The notes under the pieces were generated by a model. That model made no database searches. It had not been told where the DNA came from and saw nothing but the letters and a program-made list of their open reading frames with translations. 64,000 nt of DNA, taken from positions 44,826,001 through 44,890,000 of the forward strand of contig OX597828.1 of NCBI GenBank assembly GCA_951406725.2. The letters are read 5' to 3'. The DNA comes from Octopus vulgaris. Taxonomy: Eukaryota. Positions 52,221-64,000 of this stretch are shown here, in pieces. Numbering within the stretch: position 1 is the stretch's first letter; each line of letters opens with the position of its first letter. Both the position numbers and the translations under genes were made by a program.

Positions 52221-52959
52221 TGTGTGTGTGAGTGTGTGTGTGTGTGTGTGTAGTTGTGTGTCTGTGTTTGTTCTCCCTGCCAATGCTGGTGTATGTATGT
52301 CCCCGTAGCTTAGCGGTTCGACAAAAGAGACCAATAGAATAAGTACTAGGCTTACAAAGAATAAGTCCTGGGGCTGATTTCTTCAACTTAAAAACCCTTT
52401 AAGGGAGCACTCCAGCACAGCCACAGACAAATGACTGAAACCAATCAAAGAATAAAAAAACTACCAGGTAAAATGCTTTACAGCATTTTGTATGTCTTCA
52501 TGTTCCGAGTTCAAATTCTGGTGTGGTTGACTTTGCCTTTCATCTTTTCTGGGTCAATAAAATAAATAGCAGTTGTACACTGGAGATTTATATAATCGAC
52601 TTATCCCTCAAAATTATCCAGGTAAGTTGCTCGACCAGATAACGATGATGATGATACTCTGAAAAGTGGATGGCAAATGAAGAGGCAATGTAGGACTGAG
52701 AGGACCTTTTTGTATTGTAGAGGACATGACAACCTCTTTTGTGCTGGTGCCTTAATAATATCCATTACCAAACACTTCTTAAATTGTTTGATGACAAGAA
52801 GTGCATTCAGCCATTAAAACCAAGCAAAAAAAAAAAGATGAAATTGAAATGAATTACTCATGGATTAAAGAAAGGCAGTAAACCTCAACAAAAACTGACT
52901 TGGATTTTGACAGCACATTCAATGCAGGTCAGCATGGAAAACAGATGTAAAATAATGGT

Positions 52960-53375
52960 TTCAAATTTTGCCACAAGGGCAGCCATTTTGGAGGAGGAGA
53001 TAAGTTGATTACATCAACCCCAGAGTTTCACTGGTATTTAATTTAATAAGGCGGCAAGCTGGCAGAAACGTTAGCATGCAAAATATGGCGAAATGCTTAG
53101 CTGTATCTCGTCTGGCTTTACGTTCTGAGTTCAAATTCCACCGAGGACGACCTTGCCTTTTATCCTCTTGGGGTCGATAAATTAAGTACCAGTTGCGTAC
53201 TGGGGTCGATAATTCGACTTAATCCGTTTGTCTGTCCTTGTTTGTCCTCTCTGTGTCTAGCCCCTTGTGGGTAGTAAAGAAATGGGTATTTAACTTATCA
53301 ACCCCAAAAGGATAAAAGGTAAAATCGACCTGGGTGGAATTTGAACTCAGAATTTAGTGATGGGCAAAATACCAC
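52960..53375. mobile_element. SINE-B (+, ~53046-53284) nested in an older SINE-B (-)
   Basis: TSD-like ggtatttaa(t/c)tta at 53033 and 53285; host element resumes after it. Confidence 0.7.
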
Positions 53376-53516
53376 TAAGCAGAACAAAAAAATGGAAATT
53401 GAAATGAATGAATGACAAATGGACCTAGGAAGGGCAGTAACCCTTCCCTCAAAATTTCTTGCTTTGTTCCAAAATTTAAGTCAGAAGTGGGAGGGCTGAG
53501 TTGGTATCTATGTCTG

Positions 53517-53735
53517 GCAGAAACGTTAGCACGCCAGGCGAAATGCGTAGCCGTATTTCGTCTGCCGTTATGTTCTGAGTTCAAATTCCGCTGAGGTTGA
53601 CTTTGCCTTTCATCCTTTCGGGGTCGATTAAATAAGTACCAGTTACGCACTGGGGTCGATATAATCAACTTAATCTGTTTGTCTGTCCTTGTTTGTCCTC
53701 TCTGTGTTTAGCCCCTTGTGGGTAGTAAAGAAATA
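53517..53735 (+). mobile_element. SINE-B with 14-bp TSD
   Basis: TSD ggtatctatgtctg at 53503-53516 and 53736-53749. Confidence 0.85.
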
Positions 53736-54137
53736 GGTATCTATGTCTGCTTGTTACTGACATAGGTACCTACAAACTTGTTTCTGACTGAAGTATGTAT
53801 GTTTTAATGTTATATAATGTTATAATGTGTTATTACAATTATTCATGCACCATACAAATACCACTGAAATCAATATAAATAAAGTTTTAATATAAAATAT
53901 TACAAGTAATACAGCATGTACGGTATTGACTGTTTTAGTATTTATGTCAAGCATTGAAAGAAAAATCCAAATCTCTCTCTCTCCCCTCTTCCCCTCCTCC
54001 ATCCCCTCTCTCTTTCTTTCTCTCTCTCTCTCCCTCACTCCCATTCTTTCTCTCTCTCATTCTCCATCTCTCTCATTCTCTCTGTCTTACTCTTTCTCTC
54101 TCTGTAAAACACACCCACATACACATATCCTCTCTTG

Positions 54138-54170
<33 letters not shown>

Positions 54171-54365
54171 ACTCAACAACTGTCACCTGACGTATGGAAA
54201 AGTGGCTGCTAAAATTACAATAATGTTGATGATGATGATGGTTACGGGAATGATTATATGTATGCATATCTCCATATGCACATAGTTTTAGATAAGTATA
54301 TATATGTATAATATATGTATAAACGATGATGATGATGATGATGATGATATATATATATACATACA

Positions 54366-54401
<36 letters not shown>

Positions 54402-54419
54402 TATATATAATAGTGTAAT

Positions 54420-55480
<1,061 letters not shown>

Positions 55481-55924
55481 TCATAATTATTAGGATAAAA
55501 CTTACCTGGAAAAGGATGCGTGGCGTTTGATTTATTTATTCAGACCAAACTACTATGAAGAAATACTTTATAAAACAAACAAATGAGTAACACCAAATTA
55601 TAAAATTAATACTCGTTCCAATTTCAAATACACCGCTTCCATTGATTTTACCAAGAAGTGGGTAGAAGCGAATTAAGCTGGATATCCAAAATTGGGGCCA
55701 GTAATAATGAGAACTGTATAAATTAAAATGGGTCTCTTTTGATTAACAGAAATAAATAAGTAGATGCTTTGTCTATCCATCCATCCCTTTTTTGCAATCC
55801 AGTATTCCCGGGTGTGCCATAGGGGTAGAATTCTTAGGTACCTCCTCCATAGGGTCCTATCAGAAGCAACTGTCATTAGACTTTCCTACAGTATTCCTAA
55901 GCTGACCAATTGAGACTTTGGGTA

Positions 55925-56592
55925 CTCTTTTACTCTTTTACTCTTTTACTTGTTTCAGTCACTTGACTGTGGCCATGCTAGAGTACCACATTTAGTTACG
56001 CAAATCGACCCCAGGACTTATCCTTTGTAAACTTAATACTTATTCTATCAGTCTCTTTTGCCGAACTGCTAAGTTATGGGGATGTAAACACGCCAGCATT
56101 GGTTGTCAAGCAATGTTGTGGGGACAAACACAGACACACAAACATATACATACACACACATATATATATGTATGCCGGTGGCACGTAAAAAACACCATCC
56201 AAGCGTGGCCGTTCGCCAGCCTCGTCTGGCATCTGTGTCGGTGGCACATAAAAAGCACCCACTACACTCACGGAGTGGTTGGCGTTAAGAAGGGCATCCA
56301 GCTGTAGAAACACCGCCAGATCTGACTGGCCTGGTGCAGCCTTCGGGCTTCCCAGACTCCTGTTGAACCGTCCAACCCATGCTAGCATGGGAAGCGGACG
56401 TTTAAACGATGATGATGATGATGATGATGATACATATATACGACAGGCTTCTTTCAGTTCCTGTCCACCAAATCCACTCACAAGGCTTTGGTTGGCCTGA
56501 GGCTATAGTAGAAGACACTTGCCCAAGGTGCCACGAAGTGGGAATGAACCCAGGACCATGTGGTTGGTAAGCAAGCTACTTACCACACAGCC
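55925..56592 (-). mobile_element. SINE-A with a family E element (+, 56172-56430) inserted in its internal microsatellite
   Basis: SINE-A halves flank a complete E copy ending in (gat)n. Confidence 0.8.
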
Positions 56593-56594
56593 AT

Positions 56595-56930
56595 TATCTA
56601 AACATTTTGTTCTTGTTCTACCTCTAGGTCTCCTACTGGTTAGCTCAGCTTGAAGAATCTGTCTTGCAATTCTTTCCTGTAACATTTGCACCACACGTCC
56701 GTCCATAGTACTACTGAAGACTTGACTTTTCAATGCTGATTTATGGATCAACCTGGAGATCCAAGCTACAACAAAATTCAGCCCTGATTTCCAAGCTACG
56801 CACCCTATTAAGTAGCATTACTTCAGAAACCCTTTGAAGGAACCCTACTTCAGCAACATGTACTCACAGTCATACATTTTTGGCCATTTCTCAACATTCA
56901 TGACAGCTGGTGAGGATAGACATTTTTATT
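56595..56930 (-). pseudogene. RTE LINE C-terminal fragment
   Basis: GRVVQMLQERIARQILQAELTSRRPRGRTRTKCLD resembles the RTE GHV.RM...R.P...GRRPRGRP..RW.D motif. Confidence 0.6.
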
Positions 56931-57130
56931 CCAAAGCATTCTCTGCAGTTTGATGTCTCAAACAACTAAGATCCCCTCTGTGTAGAAAATAACTTTCTAA
57001 AAATTTCTTTGCTTTCCTCTTTCACTTACAACTTATACATCAAATTATCATTGGATGACCGAAAATTCCATGTGAAATACTGCTGGCATTGGAATGATAG
57101 TGAAGATATTTGAACGATTACACTGCATGT

Positions 57131-57578
57131 ATAGGCACAGGAGTGGCTGTGTGGTGAGTAGCTTGTTTACCAACCACATAGTTCCGGGTTCAGTCCCACT
57201 GCGTGGCACCTTGGGCAAGTGTCTTCTACTATAGCCTCAGGCCAACCAAAGCCTTGTGAGTGGATGTGGTAGATGGAAACTGAAAGAAGCCTATCGTATG
57301 TATATATATATATATATATACAATATATATATATATATATGTATGTGTATGTGTGTGTGTTTGTGTACCTGTGTTTGTCCCCCTAGCATTGCTTGACAAC
57401 CAATGCTGGTGTGTTTATGGCCCCGTCACTTAGCGGTTCAGCAAAATAGACCGATAGAATAAGTACTGGGCTTACAAAGAATAAATCCAGGGGTCGATTT
57501 GCTCGATTAAAGGCAGTGCTCCAGCATGGCCGCAGTCAAATGACTGAAACAAGTAAAGAGAAAAAGAGAAAAAGAGAA
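57131..57578 (+). mobile_element. SINE-A, full length
   Basis: Consensus match. Confidence 0.85.
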
Positions 57579-57754
57579 TGTTTACTCAATACTTGACGAT
57601 GGGTATACCAGAAAGTACAGCATAACTGACCAACATTTCTATCAGTTCCATCAGCTCTTTGAAGAGAATGTTTACTCAATACTTGACGATGGGTATACCA
57701 GAAAGTACAGCATAACTGACCAACATTTCTATCAGTTCCATCAGCTCTTTGAAG
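57572..57754. repeat. Perfect 90-bp tandem duplication
   Basis: aagagaatgtttactcaatacttgacgatggg...ccatcagctctttg twice. Confidence 0.95.
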
Positions 57755-58129
57755 CATTTAAAAAATTATTGCGATGAAAACCACTCCAAATACTTAAACT
57801 GGTTCTTGGAGAATTTTGGCAACAGGCACCGTTTTCTTTTTTATATTCCTGAAAAGTTGCTGTCATAGACAGCAATTATTATTCACACTCATAAATTTGT
57901 CTCAGGATGATAGGGCAATAAAAATATCGGAAAATTTACAGCCATCATTACCATGAATCTCTCTCTAACTCTCTTTCCCTCCCTCCCATTCTCACTCTCT
58001 TTCTCTCTCCCTCTCTCTCTTTCTCTCTCTCTCCCTATCTCTCCCTCCCTCCTTTTCTCTCTCCGTCTCTCTCTTATTATCCACCTGACTAGTTTGCCCT
58101 CTCACCACCTTTCTCTCTTTGCATATCTT

Positions 58130-58827
58130 TTATCTTTTGCTTGTTTCAGTCATTAGACTGTGGCCATGCTGGAGCACCACTTTGAAGAGTTTTTAGTTGA
58201 ATGAATCAACCCCAGAACTTTTTTTGCATTTTATTAAAACCTGGCACTTATTCTTATTTCTTATTTCATTATTGCCCACTAGGGGCTAAACACAGAAGGG
58301 ACAAACAGATTAAGTCGATTACATTGACCCCAGTGCGTAACTGATACTTAATTTATCGACTCCGAAAGGATGAAAGGAAAAGTCGACCTCGGCGGAATTT
58401 GAACTCAGAATGTAGCGGCAGACGAAATACCGCTCATTTCGCGTGGCGTGTTAACGATTCTGCCTTCACTTATTCTATCAATCTCTTTTGCTGAGTTACA
58501 GGGACATAAATAAACCAACACTGGTTGTCAGGCAGTGGTGGGGGATAGATACAAAGACACACTCACACACACACGTATTCTTTTACTTGCCTCAGCCAAT
58601 TGGCTGTGGCCATGCTGGAGCACTGCCTTTTATTCGTAGAAATTGACTTCTGGACTTATTCTCTATAAGCCTGGTGCTTATTCTATCGGTCTCTTCTGCC
58701 AAAGCACTAAGTTACAGGGTCGTAAACACACCAACATCGGTTGTCAAGCAATGGTGGTGGCGACAAACACAGACATAAACACCCACACGTAAATACATAC
58801 ATACATACACACATGCATACATACACT

Positions 58828-58886
<59 letters not shown>

Positions 58887-59031
58887 AAATATTAGGGAAT
58901 AATCATTATCTTTTATTAAACTTTTAATACTTTTGATATATATTTAAAATAATATAAATTAATTAATTTTATGTATTGGCTTAAGTTTTTCATTGTTTGA
59001 TTTGCCTAATAGTGGTTTTATCTCTAAATTA

Positions 59032-59064
<33 letters not shown>

Positions 59065-59380
59065 GACAGGCTTCTTTCAGTTTCCATCTACCAAATCCAC
59101 TCATAAGGCTTTGGTTGACCCGAGGCTATAGTAGAAGACATTTGCCCAAGGTGCCACGCAGTGGGACTGAACCCAGAACCATGTGATTGAGAAGCAAGCT
59201 TCTTACCACACAGCCAAGCCTGACAAGATTCTTTCAGTTTCTGTCTACCAAATCCACTCACAAGGCTTTGGTCAGCCTGAGGCTATAATAGAAGACATTT
59301 GCCCACGGTGCCATGCGGTGGGACTGATCCTGGAACCATGTGGTAGGGAAGTTAGCTTCTTACCGCACAGCCATGCCTGC
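58130..59380 (-). mobile_element. Nested cluster: SINE-A copies with an inserted SINE-B (~58260-58465) and a Penelope-like terminal fragment (58880-59040)
   Basis: 58965-59035 matches 61835-61905; 58883-58903 is the reverse complement of 61970-61990. Confidence 0.65.
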
Positions 59381-60913
59381 TCTTCTATCTATATCATTTT
59401 ATCTGTTATCTGCATAACCATTTCCATTCCCTCTCTTCAACTATCTCTCTCTTACTCTTTTCCTCTTTCCATGTGTATCTCTTCCTCTCTATTTCTTCCT
59501 GTCTATCTGCCACTTTCTCATCTGTTTTCACTTGTTCTCTCACACAGCATCTGTCTGTCCGCTGTCTCCCCCTCTTTTCATCTCTGTTTGTCTATTTCCT
59601 CTTCTCTCTCTCTCTCTCATCCATTCTTTTTCTCTAGAGAGTGGACAAACTTATCAAAGGTTTTGGTATGAATACAGAAGTATAAAACATTGAATTTAGA
59701 AAAGAATTAAAAACATCTGCCATATACACACTCATGCACTTGTATATACGATGGGCTTCTTTCAGTTTCCATCTACCAAATCCACTCACAAGGCTTTCAG
59801 TTTCTATCAACCAAATCCACTCATCTGCTTTCAAAGTTTTTACTGACCCATGGCTGTAGCAAAAGACTCAAGGTGCAGTGCTGTGGGATTGAACCCAAGA
59901 CCACCCACATTGTTAGTAAGCAAGCTTTTTAACCACATAGCCATGCCTGGAAATAACAATGAGTATTGAAGTAATGTGCTAACCGTCATGTGACCTATGT
60001 TTGAAAGTTGAGAAATTTTCTTGCCACTGTAGGTAACATCTAGTAAAGTTACTAATTTACATTTTCCAATTTTTGTGGTGATACAAAGTAGCAAAATGAA
60101 TCTCATCATCATCATCATCATCATCGTTTAACGTCCGCTTTCCATGCTAGCATGGGTTGGACTAATTTTGAAAATTAAAAGATTTCACTTAAAGTAAGAT
60201 TAAGTAAAACAAATTTCTCATTTGTATATTTTCAAAAAAATATACATTATTAATAAAAATAATACTGTTTAACTATCAATTATAATAATACTGTGATACT
60301 TTGATATTGGAGGTTCTGCCATTTGGAATATGATCAAAAATAACAACAAAGCCGAAATTTATGAAAAATGTCTGAACTTCATGCCATTAATTTTACTTCG
60401 TTAACTTCAAATCAAAGCAATAATTGATGAAGCAGAACAATAAAGAAGATTGCAAGAACAAATATCTTTGAACAAAATGAACATGGAAATAGAATTTCTA
60501 AGATTAAGATTTGCAATGAATGAACCAAAATACAAAGAAATTGATCAGCAAATGGAAGAAAAACTGCCAAAAATGCCAGAGAACTACTTTGGCAAAACAT
60601 ATTGAAACTTTGGAAATAAAACAGTGGAAATAAAGAACTTGTATAATTCTAAAGGTGGTATAGAAGTGAAAACTGATTTCAGAGTTATGTAGAGGAATTA
60701 AAGACAGATTATGGACTGGACAACCAATTTGTAAGAGAAAGAGAAGAATTCAAAAACATAAGCAGAAGCAGTTTGAGAGCCAATCTTGAATTCTGCGAAC
60801 CAAAGACTGAAACCAAAGTTGAGTAATTTAAAAAAGTCAGAAGGAAATATTATTCTGTTCTACTCTAGGCACAAGGCCTGAAATTTTGTGGGATGGGGCA
60901 GTCGATTATTTCC

Positions 60914-61074
60914 AAAGTTAATTAAGCCCTGTGCCTAATCAATGTGTAGCAGGAATATTTAGCAATCAAATCCAGATCCCTGTATCTGATGTAAAAAAAA
61001 AACAACAACTCAAGAATATAATCATGATTCAGTAGAACAGTGGTTCCCAAACTATGAATGGAATCTTAGTGGGT
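60914..61074 (+). repeat. ~160-bp copy of 63168-63330 inserted in a SINE-B (-, 60855-61220)
   Basis: aaagttaattaagccctgtgcc...ggaatcttagtgggt near-identical at both loci. Confidence 0.9.
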
Positions 61075-61511
61075 ACGCAACTGGTGCTTAATTTATTGAC
61101 CTTGAAAGAATGAAAGGCAAAGTCGACCACGGCAGAATTTGAACTCAGAATGTAAAGACCGATGAAATACCGCTAAGCATTTCGCCCAGTGTACTGACAT
61201 TTTCATCAGCTCACCACCTTCAGAGGGAAATGTTATTAGCTTAAAGGTAAAGCACTGGATGTGTAATCACAGGAATGTGAATTCGAGTCTCCTAGTTAGC
61301 TGCCAACACATTTTTCTGCAAAATATGGGTAGTTTATCCTGTTTATACTATATTATTAGCATTATCCTGCGTTTGAGAATAAAATTATTTTCCTTATTAT
61401 TTGATGAAATAATTTTGAAAATATTTAAATATTTCTGTTTTGTTATTCTATGTATTTGGAAATATATCTGAGCTGTGCATACACCATCTTTATTCACTCT
61501 CTCTCTCTCTT

Positions 61512-61547
<36 letters not shown>

Positions 61548-61568
61548 TATATATATATATATATACAT

Positions 61569-61909
61569 ATATAATATTAATTAGAGACAAAACCACTATT
61601 ATGCAAATCAAACAAAGAAAGACTTAATCCAATACATAAACATTTTTATATAAATTAAATAAAATTAATATATCCACTACGATCGTTTCTTGTCACTTCT
61701 AAGGACATTCATCAGGTGGTTTCAAGACCTTCTATTCAATTGAATAGAAGGTCTTGAAACCACCTGATGAATGTCCTTAGAAGTGACAAGAAACGATCGT
61801 AGTGGATATATTAATTTTATTTAATTTATATAAAATTTTTATGTATTGGATTAAGTCTTTCTTTGTTTGATTTGCATAATAGTGGTTTTGTCTCTAATTA
61901 ATATTATAT
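61569..61909. repeat. Near-perfect spacer-less palindrome, ~170-bp arms, centre 61739/61740
   Basis: ...tctattcaa|ttgaataga...; only about one mismatch and one indel seen; right side continues into an AT-rich terminus to ~61995; flanked by (TA)n. Confidence 0.95.
61760..61805 (+). ncRNA. Minimal type I hammerhead ribozyme (mirror copy on minus strand 61674-61719)
   Basis: CCAC-CTGATGA-a-TGTC cttagaagt GACA-a-GAAA-CGATCG-TA-GTGG. Confidence 0.75.
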
Positions 61910-61993
61910 TATATTTTACTATAAAATTGGATTCAATCTTAAATCTGATTTTTCCCTGTAAATTTGGATTTATTCCCTAATATTTATTATTAT

Positions 61994-62024
<31 letters not shown>

Positions 62025-62086
62025 GCGAGAGAGAGAGAGAGATGTGTGTGTGTGTGTATAATCCACAAAAATGTGTGTGTAGTTAT

Positions 62087-62485
62087 ATAGGTGCAGGAGT
62101 GGCTGTGTGCTAAGTAGCTTGCATATCAATCACATGGTTCTGGTTCAGTCCCACTGTGTGGCACCTTGGGCAAGTGTCTTCTACTATAGCCTCAGGCTGA
62201 CTAAAGCCTTGTGAGTGGATTTGGTAGATGGAAACTGAAAGAAGCCTGTCGTATATACATTTGTATGAGTGTGTATTTGTTTGTGCATCTGTCCCTGCAC
62301 TATTGCTTGGCAACTAATGTTGGTGTATTTATGTCCCCCGTAACGCAGTGGTTTTGTAAAAGAGACCGATAAAATAAGTACTAGGCTTACAAAGAATAAG
62401 TCCTGGGGTCTATTTGTTTTACTAAAGCTGGTGCTCCAGCATGGCCACAGCCAAAATGACTGAAACAGATAAAAGAATAAAAGAA
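62087..62485 (+). mobile_element. SINE-A, diverged
   Basis: Consensus match. Confidence 0.8.
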
Positions 62486-63293
62486 TATAATCCAAATGTA
62501 AAAACAAACAAAGAGCTTAGCTTATCGTTAATTGTAAGTTACAATTATCTCAATGCCACCATGTTTTTCTTTCCTCACTTTTTTTTTTTTTTTTGGCATG
62601 GAAAAGTTGTGTGAAAAGCTTAGGGCAAAATTGTTGGGGTAAAATTTTTAGGGTAATGATACCTCACTTACCACCAAAGTGGGTGCTAAGCATACCAACT
62701 GCTTAAAAGTAGTGTACTACAAAAGAACAAAAGTTAAGAACCCCTGCATTAGACCATCGCACCATGGTGTAGCTGTTGCTTAGATCCAGTCAACTCTGAT
62801 AAACTAGACCTTTGTTCAAAGACTTTGCATCCATGACACACCTGATGCTTTTCAAGAGTACATCTCATACTATATAGTTCAATGAGTCGTTTTCTTTCTT
62901 TAAAACATTGTTCTTGGCAACACATTAAAGTGAATCAGCTGCAAAGGCTGATACCTAGGAGTTCAAGAGTTTTAAGGAATATAGGGTTACACCCTAGTCA
63001 CCATTATTCTCAGGTATGATCTGATCCTGGGTGAGTCAAATAGCAGAAGATTGTTATGTGGCAAATGTGTACAGAATTCAATGGTAGGCTGGATCTTGTC
63101 ATGTGTCACACAGTTTTGCTGATGTATGAACATGCCCTGATGTTACAAGAAACAGTTCTCCTGCTTGAAAGTTAATTAAGCCCTGTGCCTAATCAATGTG
63201 TTGTAGGAATATTTAGCAATCAAATCCAGATCCCTGTATCTGATGTAAAAAAAAAAAAAAACAACTCAAGAATATAATCATGATTCAGTAGAA

Positions 63294-63452
63294 CAGTGGT
63301 TCCCAAACTATGAACGGAATCTTAGTGGGTCGCAAAAAGTTATAAAATTACGCATCAGCTTTGATTAACTGCTGTCTATCGATTTAAGTGGGTCGTCAAA
63401 AACTGGTGTGATAAATAGTGGGTTGCAACTCTAAAAAGTTTGGGAACCACTG
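63294..63452. mobile_element. hAT (Charlie-like) MITE, 159 bp
   Basis: Perfect 16-bp TIRs cagtggttcccaaact / agtttgggaaccactg; 8-bp TSD cagtagaa / cactagaa. Confidence 0.85.
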
Positions 63453-63540
63453 CACTAGAACATTACCAGTGTCATAAAAAAAACTGACCATTCAAAACTT
63501 TATGTTGAACTAACAATTTCATTCATGGTATGCTTATTCT

Positions 63541-63773
63541 CCAGTGGCGAGCTGGCAGAAACGTTAGCACGCCGGGCGATATGCATCGCCGTATTTCATC
63601 TGCCGTTACGTTCTGAGTTCAAATTCCGCCGAGGTCGACTTTGCCTTTCATCCTTTTGGGATCGATAAATTAAGTACCAGTTACGCACTGGGGTCGATGT
63701 AATCGATTTAATCCGTTTGTATGTCCTTGTTTGTCCCCTCTACGTTTAGCCCCTTGTGGGCAGTAAAGAAATA
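63541..63773 (+). mobile_element. SINE-B, full length, 14-bp TSD
   Basis: TSD ggtatgcttattct at 63527-63540 and 63774-63787; GGCGAGCTGGCAGAAACG head. Confidence 0.9.
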
Positions 63774-64000
63774 GGTATGCTTATTCTGAGCAAGACCTCT
63801 GCTATTCAGAATATTTTAGCCACTACTGAGAGACAATAGACAGTAGACACCAGACTGGACACAGAAGACAGTAGCACAAGCAGCAGCTGACCAGAACACT
63901 TATGACAACTCAAAAACAATGATGGATGGTAGCAGCAACACACCAATGACCAGCTAACATCTTGACAGCTTATACTGTCATCCAGAGTCCAAGAACAATA

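Noticed and set aside
55500-55570. Strong minus-strand donor CAG|GTAAGT at ~55505
   Set aside because: No convincing acceptor and open frame; adjacent to a repeat

Overview
AT-rich, microsatellite-dense animal genomic DNA, most likely a large intron or intergenic stretch. The SINE/microsatellite make-up suggests a coleoid cephalopod such as Octopus, but that is inference. Almost all computed ORFs are translations of (CA)n/(TA)n/(ATC)n/(CCA)n repeats or of SINEs. Supported content: (1) about 30 copies or fragments of a ~400-bp tRNA-headed SINE with an internal microsatellite (here SINE-A), plus three more tRNA-headed SINE families (B, C, D) and module-shuffled chimeras; (2) an RTE-type LINE relic (37.6-40.0 kb) whose 3' UTR matches about a dozen short dispersed repeats (family E); (3) a full-length Tc1 DD34E transposon with TIRs and TA TSD, broken only by two in-frame stops; (4) mariner relics and mariner/hAT MITEs; (5) one well-delimited candidate host exon on the minus strand. 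The most striking unannotated signal is about ten hammerhead-ribozyme (HHR) motifs in short non-coding elements, most of them flanked by (TA)n. They differ in sequence but mostly share the architecture CUGAUGA-stem II-GAAA-palindrome-UH, and two sit in long fold-back palindromes. This points to a diverse Penelope-like/retrozyme system. Family labels A-E are my own. SINE boundaries were read by eye and are approximate (about 10 bp).
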